The notes under the pieces: generated by a model
What the model was told of the DNA's origin: nothing
The model's database searches: none
Seen by the model: the letters and a program-made list of their open reading frames with translations, nothing else
Position numbers and translations under genes: made by a program
Source: an uncultured Candidatus Saccharibacteria bacterium
GTDB taxonomy: Bacteria; Patescibacteriota; Dojkabacteria; GCA-002793355
Length of the DNA stretch: 64,000 nt
Reading direction: 5' to 3'
Assembly (NCBI GenBank): GCA_964525295.1
Contig: CAZGEO010000001.1
Span: 504,662 to 568,661, forward strand
Shown: piece after piece, positions 27,098 through 37,297 of the stretch
Position numbering within the stretch: the first letter of the stretch is position 1
Layout of the letters: each line of letters opens with the position of its first letter

Positions 27098-28333
27098 ATG
27101 ATTGTTAATCGTTATTCACTTTCACAAGCTCCAGTAAATCTGCGTAAAGCAGTACTTGTTTGTAATCCGAAGGAGTTGAGCGAATTATTCAAAATTGCAG
27201 AAGTATCTGTTAAAACACAATTATTTATTGAGAATGCAGGTGTGTCTGCAGTATGTTTGCAAATTCCAGCGAAGAAATTGCGATATCATGGCGAACAGGT
27301 CGTTTCCGAAGGGTATCTTTTTGTAAGACTTCCCCATTCGGCAGAAGAAAAGGAATATTTCGATAATCTAGCTGAGGCGGAAGTTTGGGAAGTTTCTGGT
27401 GAAGATGAAGGAATCTTGAGAGTCTCAGGCTCACATCTGTTAGAAATTAAAGAACATGCTGCTAATAAACGAGCAGAAGCACTATGGCGAACACTTCCAG
27501 AACAAGAGAAGCGATGGGGAGTGAATAAATTGCCGTTGTTTAGATCAAATTTCTTGTCGATATTTTGGAAAAGTAAAAAAGAAGCCCTTGAACTGCTGTT
27601 CGAGCGCTTGCGTATGCGTTATGAAGAAAACAGAACAATGGAAAAAATTGGTCCAGGCATTGTTGTTACTCCCAACTTAGACCATTTGCGCATGCTTTTC
27701 GAGGATAATAATGAAGCATTTCAACAAGTGTATGCAAACGCAATCTTGCAAACGCCAGATGGGTATCCTCCGTTGGTGAAATTTGCCAAACAGTCGATCG
27801 GATACCAAACGCAGGAGCAGATTACTGGCGTAGATATGTTTATGCAATTAATCAACACAATTGGCCGTGAATCGTTGCCGTATACGATATATTTAGTCGG
27901 GGGGTTTGGTAATGTACCATATCAGGCGCGTGATTTCTTTGTAAGTATTTACCCCAATTTAGCGTCGAACTTCGTAGGAATAAGCACTCCGCCGATAGGA
28001 TTTTTGAAAAATGAACAGATTATGACTGCGATAGTAGAAGATATTAATAAAAAGAAGCCTGATTTGATTTTTGCTGGAATGACTGCTCCCGTGCAGGAGC
28101 TTTTTATACAAGAGTTAATAAACCGAAAAGTAAATTTCGGTTTAGGCTTTGGTGTTGGTAGAGCAATCGAGATTCTAACCGGTTTTCAAAAAAAGGAGCC
28201 AGCAGTTTTTGAAAAATTGCACGTCAGTTGGATATACAGAGCATTCACCGGAAGCTCAAAAGATATTGTTAGGCGTAATTTTGATCGTGTGAAGAAAGAT
28301 CTGCTATTCGCTTTCAGAAGGTTGACTAAATAG
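27098..28333 (+). CDS. WecB/TagA/CpsF-family glycosyltransferase with ~190-aa unknown N-terminal extension
   Basis: The C-terminal half matches the WecB/TagA family (VTPNLDH..., LVGG..., IFAGMTAPVQE, GLGFGVG). Confidence 0.6.
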   Translation: MIVNRYSLSQAPVNLRKAVLVCNPKELSELFKIAEVSVKTQLFIENAGVSAVCLQIPAKKLRYHGEQVVSEGYLFVRLPHSAEEKEYFDNLAEAEVWEVSGEDEGILRVSGSHLLEIKEHAANKRAEALWRTLPEQEKRWGVNKLPLFRSNFLSIFWKSKKEALELLFERLRMRYEENRTMEKIGPGIVVTPNLDHLRMLFEDNNEAFQQVYANAILQTPDGYPPLVKFAKQSIGYQTQEQITGVDMFMQLINTIGRESLPYTIYLVGGFGNVPYQARDFFVSIYPNLASNFVGISTPPIGFLKNEQIMTAIVEDINKKKPDLIFAGMTAPVQELFIQELINRKVNFGLGFGVGRAIEILTGFQKKEPAVFEKLHVSWIYRAFTGSSKDIVRRNFDRVKKDLLFAFRRLTK

Positions 28334-28552
28334 TCTAATTCCATTGTTATTTAAGAAGGGTAAGTTACTACGCCTGTTTATCAACAACTCGGTACGTCTG
28401 TGAAACTGTTGTGGCGCAATCTTTGTTTGGAATATGTTATCCACTCCCGTGAAATAGCCGTGGAATGTATTCAAGCAGCGAAATATTGATAACTCAGTAA
28501 AAAAATCTCAACATAAGTGAGAAGAGAGATATGAATAGGAAGGAGGCTTACT

Positions 28553-29464
28553 CTACCCTTTTGAAGCAATGCTCTCTACAGCGATAGCAGCTTCAGCAGC
28601 AGCGGTAACAAGTTGAGCGAATTTGTTTGAAGCGGTGGTACTGTCGCCGGCTGCAAGTATTCCGGGTACTGAAGTTCGTTGCTCTTTATCGACAATTATG
28701 AAACCGTGGTCGTCGAGTTGTATCCCGAGGTCGGTAGTCAGTTCAGTTATTGGTTCGTGGCCAATTTCAATAAATACACCTTGAATTGATAATTCAGTGA
28801 TAGTGCCAGAAAGAATAAGTTTTTCTACAACTTGATTGCCCGTAATTTCTTGTATTTGCGTGCTGAAATGAACTTTGATGTTACTCTTTTCTTCAAGCTT
28901 TTTTATCCAATAAGGTTCGGCTCGCAGTTTGTCGCTTCTCACTAGTAAATGGACAGTTGTGCAAAGTTCAGATAAAAATAAGGCTGCAGTTACCGCGGAA
29001 TCACCGCCACCGACTACCGCAACTTCTTTTCCTTTGAAGAATGCGCCGTCGCAGGTAGCACAGTAAGTGACGCCTTTTCCGTAAAATTCTGCCTCTCCTG
29101 TAACATGTAGCTTTTTTCGTTTCATGCCGATTGTTAAGAGAATATTCTTCGCTTTGATTTGTTCGTTTTGCTCGGTTGTAAGGGTGAATGGATATTTTTC
29201 TTCGGAATTTTTCTCAATCTTTGCAACTTTACTGTAAATTTCTTCAACACCTAGTTTGATAGTCTGTTGTTGTACTTTTTGCATGAGTTCCATGCCGGTA
29301 ATTTCCTCGAAACCAGGATAATTCCCTATTATGTGTGCTTCTGCTGTTTGTCCGCCAAAATTATCGCCGAAAATTACAGTTTTCAAACCGTAACGGGCAG
29401 CATAAATTGCACCAGTATATCCAGCAAATCCCATGCCAACAATTGCAAGATCATAATTTTTCAT
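28553..29464 (-). CDS. trxB: Thioredoxin-disulfide reductase
   Basis: FAD site YDLAIVGMGFAGYTGAIYAA, redox CATCDG, NADPH site VAVVGGGDSA. The start was moved to MKNYDL (29464); the track start 29680 adds 72 non-conserved residues. Confidence 0.85.
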   Translation of the reverse strand: MKNYDLAIVGMGFAGYTGAIYAARYGLKTVIFGDNFGGQTAEAHIIGNYPGFEEITGMELMQKVQQQTIKLGVEEIYSKVAKIEKNSEEKYPFTLTTEQNEQIKAKNILLTIGMKRKKLHVTGEAEFYGKGVTYCATCDGAFFKGKEVAVVGGGDSAVTAALFLSELCTTVHLLVRSDKLRAEPYWIKKLEEKSNIKVHFSTQIQEITGNQVVEKLILSGTITELSIQGVFIEIGHEPITELTTDLGIQLDDHGFIIVDKEQRTSVPGILAAGDSTTASNKFAQLVTAAAEAAIAVESIASKG

Positions 29465-29492
29465 ATGAATAATTATAACATACCCCCGGGGG

Positions 29493-30131
29493 GTGTCGTG
29501 CGTGCTATACTCTTCTATGAAGGAATTGTTGTCAAAAGTTAGTATTATTTTGGTCGGAGTAATTGCACTTTTTGTCGGTTTTCTCGTTGGTAGATATCTA
29601 TTCCCTATGCAGAAATCTGACGTTCCTGAGGTAAGTACGCAAGCGATATTGCAAAGTGTTTCTGCGCAAGGTTTTCTCATTACGCAAACGGTAATTTCTA
29701 GTCAAGACGTTACCTATACTGTAGATCAAGGCTCAGATTGGTCTAACTTCTGGTGGGGGCATGAAATTACTGCGGAAGCGACAATGCAATCTCATATAGG
29801 TATTGACTTATCACAAATGAGTGAGAAAGATGTAGTTGCTGATTCTCGCACGAAAACAGTTTGTTTTAGATATCCAACTCCTGAAATTAAGGAGACTGTA
29901 ATTATCGGAGATATTGAAGTGATGACAAAAAGTGGAATTTTGAAAAAATTGCTTGCTTCAGACACCAATAATGATTACAACATTGCACTTGCACAGTTAA
30001 AAACGAATGCGCAAAAAGCTGCGGCAACTCTACCGAATATGTCTGGTGAAGCATTTGCTAACGCCGATAAGGTTTTGAGCTTTATTGTTTCCGAAACAGG
30101 TTATCGTGTCGCGCCAGAGTGCAGAAAATAG
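29493..30131 (+). CDS. Hypothetical membrane-anchored protein (N-terminal TM, extracytoplasmic domain; DUF4230-like?)
   Basis: ORF with a single TM and no clear motif. Confidence 0.45.
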   Translation: MSCVLYSSMKELLSKVSIILVGVIALFVGFLVGRYLFPMQKSDVPEVSTQAILQSVSAQGFLITQTVISSQDVTYTVDQGSDWSNFWWGHEITAEATMQSHIGIDLSQMSEKDVVADSRTKTVCFRYPTPEIKETVIIGDIEVMTKSGILKKLLASDTNNDYNIALAQLKTNAQKAAATLPNMSGEAFANADKVLSFIVSETGYRVAPECRK

Positions 30132-30225
30132 CTCAAGAATTGGCTTTTTTGTGATGTGTAGAAATGTTCTTCGCAAGGTAGATGATTTCACCATGCAGTG
30201 CTCATAATTTGGTGTATAATGACAA

Positions 30226-32580
30226 ATGGCGAAGAGAGGACGACCATCAAGATCAAAAGAATTGACAATAAAAAGTAGAGAAACACAGGTCTTTATGGGC
30301 TTTGTTTTTGTAGTTCTTGGCGTTTCATTATTTATTACGAATAGCCTGACTGGTGCAATTCCTTTATTTATTCAACTCAATTTTGGGCAGACGACTTACA
30401 TTTTAGGAGTTATCTCTATTGTGCTCGGGTTGCGTTTAATCGGGGTGAAATTGTATATAACGAGTGATCGCTTTCTTATTGGATTGATACTATTATTACT
30501 TGCGATGCTCCCCTTGTTTACGTCTATTGCAGTTGGGGGTGATCCACAATTGGCATATTCAGAGGCATTACAAGTTAAAGGCGGTGGTGCTATCGGGGCA
30601 ATGCTTCATCAATGGTTGGTTGGGTGGCTTGGGCATACGGCGGAAGTGGGTATTTTGTGGGCGATAGTTCTTCTTGCAGCCTCAATTATTAGTGGAATTT
30701 CACTAGAACAGGCAGGAGATATTTTGACTGCAATATTTGGATTTATCTGGAATGGTATCCTCGCTTTATTTGGTGCAGCTACGACAAAAGTACCAGATAG
30801 TGAAGCTAAACCAGAAATTGTGAATCGTCAAGCAGAACTTAAGAAAGTTCACGATGGTGTTGCTGGGCAAACTGACGAATCGAAAGAATTAGAAATTGAG
30901 AATACACTAAATCCTAGCATTAAAGAAGTTGATGTCGCCGATGTGGATCTGCCAGAGTTAGATGCAGACAAAGGGCCCACCAAACAAGATGCTGGACATA
31001 GAATATCAATGAGTTTTGGTCCAGATTTACGAGGTGGTGGTAAAACAGGTCTTGATGACGCAGAAAGTGACTCGTTGCAGGTTTCTGATTTAGAACAAGA
31101 TTTTTCTTCGCGATATGAGCCAAAATTTGTGACTTGGTCAAATGTTCCAATGAATCTGCTCGACCCTGCTGTTCCTGAAAATATGCAAGAAGACGATCTC
31201 CTTGAAAAGAGTAAATTGATCGAAAAAACTCTCTCTAGCTTTAAGATTCAAGCTCGGGTAGCAAAGGTTTTTGTTGGTCCGTCAGTAGTGCAATATGCGT
31301 TGAACCTTGCGGTTGGAACTAAAGTTTCAAAGGTAAAGAATCTTGCTAAAGATATCGGGTTAGCTCTTGCAGCTTCTTCAGATACAATTCGTATCGAAAC
31401 AATTGGTGGAACATCGTTAGTTGGTATAGAGGTCGCTCGAAAATCGGCACGTATGGTTCGTGCAAGAGAAATCATTGAATCGGGTGAAATGTCTCGACAA
31501 GTTAAGAAGTTACCACTTGCTCTTGGCGCCGATATTCGCAATGATATTGTTGCAATTGATCTTGATTCCATGCCACATATCCTGGTTGCCGGTTCGACTG
31601 GTACAGGTAAGTCAGTCGCGATAAACACCATCATTGTTGGGTTACTCTCGAAATTTACACCAGATGAGTTACGTTTGATCTTGGTTGATCCAAAGATGGT
31701 AGAAATGGCACTTTATAATGGCATGCCATACTTGATTACTCCAGTTATCACCGACATGGATAAAGTCATTGGTGCTTTAGACTGGGCAATTGATGAAATG
31801 ACTAAACGTTACAAGCTCTTCAAAGAGAAAATGGTGCGTAAATTAGAAGAATTCAATGAAAAGTCAGAATACAAGCTTCCGCACATTATTGTTGTGATCG
31901 ATGAGATGGCAGACCTTATGTTGACTAAAGGGAAAGAAGTTGAACAGAAGATAGTTAGATTGGCACAGCTCGCGCGTGCGACTGGAATTCACTTGATTTT
32001 GGCAACGCAGAGGCCTAGCGTTAATGTTATTACTGGGTTGATTAAAGCAAACATTCCTGCGCGAATTGCCTTGGCAGTAACAAGTGGTGTTGATTCGCGC
32101 GTTATTATCGATCAACAAGGTGCAGAAAGCCTTATTGGAAAAGGTGATATGTTAGTGAAATCGCCAGATAACTCGAAAATACGACGTGTTCAGGGTGCTT
32201 TTGTTTCAACAAAAGAAGTTCAAAAAGTTACTGATTATATTCGCGAACATGCTGAAAAACTTGATCCTGGTGGAGATTGGTATATGGCAGGATTTGAAGA
32301 ATTTATTGCTGGCAACGGCATGACTGCAGGTGGAATTGGTACAAATGTCGAAGATGCTGAATTAAATGACCCAGTTTTCCGCAAAGCTGTTGAGGTCGTC
32401 ATTAGTCAAGGGAAAGGTTCTGCCTCAACTCTACAACGATACCTGAAAATTGGTTTTAATAAAGCTGCACGCTACATCGATATGATGGAAAACTTGGGGA
32501 TTGTTGCTGCATCAAATGGGAGTAAGCCACGTGAAGTTTTGGTGAGTAGTATCTCTGAAGTTGAAGAACTGAACAATTAG
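30226..32580 (+). CDS. ftsK: DNA translocase FtsK/SpoIIIE
   Basis: Four N-terminal TM helices, Walker A VAGSTGTGKS, Walker B IIVVIDEMAD, and a C-terminal gamma (wHTH) domain. Confidence 0.9.
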   Translation: MAKRGRPSRSKELTIKSRETQVFMGFVFVVLGVSLFITNSLTGAIPLFIQLNFGQTTYILGVISIVLGLRLIGVKLYITSDRFLIGLILLLLAMLPLFTSIAVGGDPQLAYSEALQVKGGGAIGAMLHQWLVGWLGHTAEVGILWAIVLLAASIISGISLEQAGDILTAIFGFIWNGILALFGAATTKVPDSEAKPEIVNRQAELKKVHDGVAGQTDESKELEIENTLNPSIKEVDVADVDLPELDADKGPTKQDAGHRISMSFGPDLRGGGKTGLDDAESDSLQVSDLEQDFSSRYEPKFVTWSNVPMNLLDPAVPENMQEDDLLEKSKLIEKTLSSFKIQARVAKVFVGPSVVQYALNLAVGTKVSKVKNLAKDIGLALAASSDTIRIETIGGTSLVGIEVARKSARMVRAREIIESGEMSRQVKKLPLALGADIRNDIVAIDLDSMPHILVAGSTGTGKSVAINTIIVGLLSKFTPDELRLILVDPKMVEMALYNGMPYLITPVITDMDKVIGALDWAIDEMTKRYKLFKEKMVRKLEEFNEKSEYKLPHIIVVIDEMADLMLTKGKEVEQKIVRLAQLARATGIHLILATQRPSVNVITGLIKANIPARIALAVTSGVDSRVIIDQQGAESLIGKGDMLVKSPDNSKIRRVQGAFVSTKEVQKVTDYIREHAEKLDPGGDWYMAGFEEFIAGNGMTAGGIGTNVEDAELNDPVFRKAVEVVISQGKGSASTLQRYLKIGFNKAARYIDMMENLGIVAASNGSKPREVLVSSISEVEELNN

Positions 32581-32605
32581 CCTAAGGTTTTGTGTGTAGT
32601 GATTA

Positions 32606-33424
32606 TCACTCTATTTCTCCTGTTGCAATGAATGTGGCAATTCTATTTCGAAATGCTTCAATAACTAAAGCATCGGTTATTACCAAATCACCTTCTTTCT
32701 GTGAGATTTCTACTTCTTCGGGTAAAAGTTCTGCCAGACGTAAAATAGCAAAATGCTCATCGATAGCTGCAAGAGCATTTTTAATGGTTTGTTGGCGTGG
32801 GAAAGTAAGTTTTGCGGAATTCTCTGCGGTTGTAATTGTCAGTAATGAGTGTCGGAAGGCATGAAGAACTAAAGTTTCAATATTTGCAAATTCTTCAGGC
32901 AATTCAGTTTGAACGTTAAGCTCAAGATGATGCTGTATTTCATACTGAGCGTCTGATGTTCTTAATGTGCGCTGGCTTCTTGAATTTACACTCGGAGATG
33001 AGGGGCTTGGTTGTTCATCGGAGGATTGAATATTTCTGGAAATGGTAAGCAGTTCTGTTCCGATATAAAGGGTTGGTTCACCATTAAGAAATCGCGATCC
33101 GTTTGAATTTCCTTCTGCTTGAAAGGTAAAGCTTGTTGCACTATTTTGGTTTTCAACTAAGGCAGTATATTCATAGGTTGGTTGTTCATGTATTGGAGCT
33201 GCTTCTGTTAGGGTTAATGTTAAAGGAAGTTTCCTTGTTTGCGAAGAAATTACTTCATGAAGTATTACGGGTTGAGTACTAAGAAGTTCATTAAAACATC
33301 TAACTACGTGTTTGTGAATGGTGTAGGTATGTATAGGTGGAATTTCAATTTCAGCAGAATTAATGGTAGGAGCTTGCAGAGAAGGTTTGTTGTCTGACAT
33401 CGGAAGAAAGTTTGACATAATCAA
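32606..33424 (-). CDS. Hypothetical protein (272 aa)
   Basis: Long ORF with no recognisable motif. Confidence 0.45.
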   Translation of the reverse strand: MIMSNFLPMSDNKPSLQAPTINSAEIEIPPIHTYTIHKHVVRCFNELLSTQPVILHEVISSQTRKLPLTLTLTEAAPIHEQPTYEYTALVENQNSATSFTFQAEGNSNGSRFLNGEPTLYIGTELLTISRNIQSSDEQPSPSSPSVNSRSQRTLRTSDAQYEIQHHLELNVQTELPEEFANIETLVLHAFRHSLLTITTAENSAKLTFPRQQTIKNALAAIDEHFAILRLAELLPEEVEISQKEGDLVITDALVIEAFRNRIATFIATGEIE

Positions 33425-33513
33425 TAAATTTTTGTCTTATAGTGTAATTATACTCTTTTCACATGGTTGAGTAAATATGAGTTATAATTGTCTAGTAAAC
33501 TAATTGTTGAATT

Positions 33514-34662
33514 ATGAATGACTTCACTTTGTACAATCCTAATCGCTACATTTTTGGTAAGTCAGCTATATCTCACATTGCTGAACAAGTCGCCAAATTT
33601 GGTAAAAAAGTATTCCTCACGTACGGTGGTGGTAGCATAAAAAAGAACGGTACCTACGATAAAGTAATGGCTCAACTGAAAGATTGTGAAGTGCTGGAAT
33701 TCGGGGGAATAGAACCAAATCCACATGTTGAAACATTGCGAAAAGCAATTGAATTAGCGCGAGAATTTGAACCAGATATTATCCTTGCTGTTGGTGGCGG
33801 AAGTGTGATTGACGGATCAAAATTAATCGCAGGGGCAATTCACTACTCTGGCGATGCGTGGGATATCGTTGAAAAAAAGAATATAACTGGGCAGAAAATC
33901 GTTCCTTTGGGCTGTGTTTTGACGATGGCTGCTACTGGTACCGAAATGAATGGCAATGCAGTTATCACAAGATGGGAAACAAATGACAAAGATTATTTCT
34001 CTGGCGAAGAGTATATTCCGGCATTTTCAATTGTTGACCCCCAAGTAATGCAAAGTTTACCAGCTGATCAAACGGCATACGGCATTGTTGATGCCTATTC
34101 ACACGTGCTGGAGCAATATCTTACAATCGACATTTCTAGCCCAATTCAAGAGCGTTTCTCGGAAGGGATCTTGTGTACATTAATAGAATGGGGGCCAATG
34201 GCCGTTTCGAATCTAGAGAATTATGAAGCCCGTGCCAATATTGCCTTTGCAGCCACGATGGCGCTAAATGGGCTAATTGGAGTTGGCGTCTCTCAAGATT
34301 GGCTTACCCACGATTTAGAACACATGTATAGCGGCTTGTACAATATTCCACACGGAGCAGGGCTTGCGATTATTCATCCTCGATATTTAGCAACGATTGC
34401 GGTTCAGAAGAAACTAGCAAAAATGGTTCAATACGGTAAACGCGTCTTTGGCCTTACCGGTACTGATGCCGAGATTGCAAAGAACGCAGCGCAAAAGACT
34501 TTTGATTTCTTTGCATCGTTAGGAATAAAAATGACATTTACAGAGTGGGGATTGTCGCCTTCGGAAGTTAACAAAATCATTGAGAAGTTGCCGAATGCAC
34601 CTAGTAGTGACATTCCAGTTGCTGATGAAGAAATGGTAGCACTTTTACGAAACTGCTATTAA
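33514..34662 (+). CDS. Iron-containing (group III) alcohol dehydrogenase, YqhD/BdhA-like
   Basis: GGGSVIDGSKLIA nucleotide-binding motif and metal-binding His cluster (HDLEH, HG). Confidence 0.8.
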   Translation: MNDFTLYNPNRYIFGKSAISHIAEQVAKFGKKVFLTYGGGSIKKNGTYDKVMAQLKDCEVLEFGGIEPNPHVETLRKAIELAREFEPDIILAVGGGSVIDGSKLIAGAIHYSGDAWDIVEKKNITGQKIVPLGCVLTMAATGTEMNGNAVITRWETNDKDYFSGEEYIPAFSIVDPQVMQSLPADQTAYGIVDAYSHVLEQYLTIDISSPIQERFSEGILCTLIEWGPMAVSNLENYEARANIAFAATMALNGLIGVGVSQDWLTHDLEHMYSGLYNIPHGAGLAIIHPRYLATIAVQKKLAKMVQYGKRVFGLTGTDAEIAKNAAQKTFDFFASLGIKMTFTEWGLSPSEVNKIIEKLPNAPSSDIPVADEEMVALLRNCY

Positions 34663-36434
34663 TTCTTTGCAAAAAGCCTTTTAATTCCAGTCTTTTCGAG
34701 AATTTTCTCGAGAGTCATAAACTGTTCCCAAACAGATTTTGTTATGACGAGATAAAGAAGTCCTGATCCCAAGGCTGTCACTGTTGCCAGGATGAGAACA
34801 GAAATTGTTTTGGTTGTATCCATGGTGTAATCCATAAAGCGATATAAGGCATAACTTCCGGCAAAGGTGACGATACTTGCGAGTGCTAGTAAGCGTAACG
34901 ATGCGAATAGCTTGTTGCGAAGTCCATAAGCTAGAAGACCAATTTTCTTTGAAAGAAGGAAGAAGCTGACAGCAACTTCAATAAATAAGCCGGCTGATAT
35001 TCCGAATGCTAAGCCTGCGACTGCAGCAAATGAGCCATTTCGTGCGAAGAACCAAGAAAAGAGTGTCGGGATTGAAGAGAGCCATAATTCTGGTGCTTTT
35101 AGAATTGCGAGAATGTCATGGTAATGTGAAAAAAAGTTGGTAAATCCGATACTGAAGAGAATATTTAGTGTTACGCCAACGAAGCTGACGATTAGTGGCG
35201 TTCGTGTATTATGTATTGCGTAAAATGTACGAATATTTAGCGCTGCCATCGCCTGCAATAAGATAGCAGGGGTAAAAAACACCAGGGTAAAACTCGTCAC
35301 AATTGTGGCGGTCCAGGTAAATTGTCCGGCACCGAAGATTAATCGAACGATTGGAAGGCGGAGAACAATGAACAAAATCATTATTGGAATAGCCACAAAA
35401 CACAATAGCAAGAGTGCTTTCCAGTATAGTTTATTTAGAGATTCATAATTATCATTCTCATTTGCTTTATCATTTAAATGCGGAAATATGGCCTGCAAAA
35501 AACTTCCTGAGAGAATGTCTACTGGTACTGAATGAAGTGAGCTTGCAAACCAATATACTGAAAGGGCTCCAGCTCCGAGCGTAAAGCTCCAAAAGGTATT
35601 GAACATTATGGCAATCTGCTCTACTCCAAGCCCAAAAATTCGGGGGAGTGAAAGTTTTCCGATTTCTTTGACGTAGTTATTAATTTTAAAAGACCAGGAA
35701 TAATCATTATCATGTAGATTGAAAATGCCGATCAATTGGGTAACAAAATGTAATACTGTACCAAGTAGCACAGAATAGCTCAATGCATAAATACCGAATT
35801 CAGGTGCAAATTTTACGAACCCAATGATACCAATCACAATACCAATGTTGTACATTACTGGTGCCAATGCAGTCGTAATGAAGCGTTTATGAGCTTGTAA
35901 ATATGCGCCAAAAACGCTACTTACTGCGAGAAGTAGCGGTGACAAAAGCATTAATCGTGAAAGGTTGATAAACAGCGCCTCGTAATATTCTGCTGAACCT
36001 TTTGACAGTACCAAAGAAATGTTAACTGCTCGCATTACCTCCTTTGAGGAGAACAAGTAATGCGCAATCCATGGCATTGCGAAGTAAATTACTGCCAAAA
36101 TCGCAAACATTGCAACAAATAGAATGGTAATAACGGTATTGAGTGTTGTATGCAATTCTTTTTGCTCATTTTTACGAATCATCTTGATAAAAATTGGCAC
36201 CAATGCTGCATTTACGGTGCCAATAACAAGAAGTGCAAAAACAAGATCGGGTAATGCAAAAGCTGCGCGAAAAACGTCTAACTCTTGGCTGACACCGAAG
36301 ATTCTTGCCATGAAGTGCAGCTTTACAAAACCGATGACTTTACCTAAGAGTGTGGTCCCAACTAAGATAATTGACGCGCTTCCGATTTTGCTTTCAAAAA
36401 TCGACAATTTACTCTTAATATCTGACAATTTCAT
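34659..36434 (-). CDS. murJ: Lipid II flippase MurJ (MviN) with C-terminal extension
   Basis: 14+ TM helices and an N-terminal signature FGVSQELDVFRAAFALPDLVFALLVIGTVNAALVPIF. Confidence 0.8.
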   Translation of the reverse strand: MKLSDIKSKLSIFESKIGSASIILVGTTLLGKVIGFVKLHFMARIFGVSQELDVFRAAFALPDLVFALLVIGTVNAALVPIFIKMIRKNEQKELHTTLNTVITILFVAMFAILAVIYFAMPWIAHYLFSSKEVMRAVNISLVLSKGSAEYYEALFINLSRLMLLSPLLLAVSSVFGAYLQAHKRFITTALAPVMYNIGIVIGIIGFVKFAPEFGIYALSYSVLLGTVLHFVTQLIGIFNLHDNDYSWSFKINNYVKEIGKLSLPRIFGLGVEQIAIMFNTFWSFTLGAGALSVYWFASSLHSVPVDILSGSFLQAIFPHLNDKANENDNYESLNKLYWKALLLLCFVAIPIMILFIVLRLPIVRLIFGAGQFTWTATIVTSFTLVFFTPAILLQAMAALNIRTFYAIHNTRTPLIVSFVGVTLNILFSIGFTNFFSHYHDILAILKAPELWLSSIPTLFSWFFARNGSFAAVAGLAFGISAGLFIEVAVSFFLLSKKIGLLAYGLRNKLFASLRLLALASIVTFAGSYALYRFMDYTMDTTKTISVLILATVTALGSGLLYLVITKSVWEQFMTLEKILEKTGIKRLFAKN

Positions 36435-36436
36435 AG

Positions 36437-36625
36437 TTATTGCGGTGTTAAAATTTCAATGCCAGAAGGAGTTTGCAAATTGCTCCATAAATAGGTAAAT
36501 CCGCCGAAGCAAAAGATGCAAAATGCGATAAAAAGTATGTAAAACCAAATATTTTGAGGAGATTCTGTAATAGTTTTCTTCATGGCTGTGGTCATTATAC
36601 TAGAACGGAACAAACTCGGAAACAT
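36437..36625 (-). CDS. Small membrane protein (62 aa)
   Basis: Single TM, tightly packed upstream of murJ. Confidence 0.35.
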   Translation of the reverse strand: MFPSLFRSSIMTTAMKKTITESPQNIWFYILFIAFCIFCFGGFTYLWSNLQTPSGIEILTPQ

Positions 36626-36679
36626 AACAGGTCATTATTAATTTTGAATTGAAATTTAATAGTTAATAATTAATAAGTA

Positions 36680-37297
36680 TTATCTCCATAATCCCCTCTT
36701 CTCTTCTCTTGCGAGTTGTTGCGCAGCAAGAAATTTTGTTTGAAACATAACATTCGGTTGTATCGTGAGTATTGTTGCGTACCCCATTCTAATAATTGCG
36801 TAGTTAACCATAGTACCGTCTTCAAGATAAACATAACTTAATCGCCTGCCATATTTATCAAGTTCTGCGACATCTTGAAATAGGTATACGAACTTGTTGA
36901 GCACTAACATTTCATTTACTTTTGTTGCTTCTGGTCCGAACGGTTCATTTGTGCCGTTACCTTGATGCTGAATTTCTGGTGTATCTATGCCAATATAGCG
37001 AACAGTTATTGTTTCTTCATCTTTAGTTACTTTAATTGTGTCACCATCAACAATATCATGCACAAAGACCTTTGTACCTTTTTTCAGGTCGACATCAGCC
37101 TTTAAGAGTTGATTTTGCTCATTTAATTGAAGAAATTCAGTTTCATAATTGTTCGCCTCTGTCTTTTGTGTCGGATTAAGAAACACAACAAACAAACTAA
37201 TAATTGCAATGAATGTAATTACTAGATTAACCGTACTTCTTCCGAAAAGTTTCGAAAGAAGGCTCTTATTTACATTTATGCGAATTTCTTTTTGCAT
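36680..37297 (-). CDS. Membrane-anchored thermonuclease (staphylococcal nuclease/SNase-like)
   Basis: N-terminal TM and SNase motifs DGDTIKV, RYIGIDTPE, GRRLSYVY. Confidence 0.8.
   Translation of the reverse strand: MQKEIRINVNKSLLSKLFGRSTVNLVITFIAIISLFVVFLNPTQKTEANNYETEFLQLNEQNQLLKADVDLKKGTKVFVHDIVDGDTIKVTKDEETITVRYIGIDTPEIQHQGNGTNEPFGPEATKVNEMLVLNKFVYLFQDVAELDKYGRRLSYVYLEDGTMVNYAIIRMGYATILTIQPNVMFQTKFLAAQQLAREEKRGLWR

Noticed and set aside
28334-28552. Possible sRNA or terminator in the 219-bp gap between the convergent GT and trxB genes
   Set aside because: Only weak short hairpins and no T-tract were found. There is not enough evidence to call a feature.
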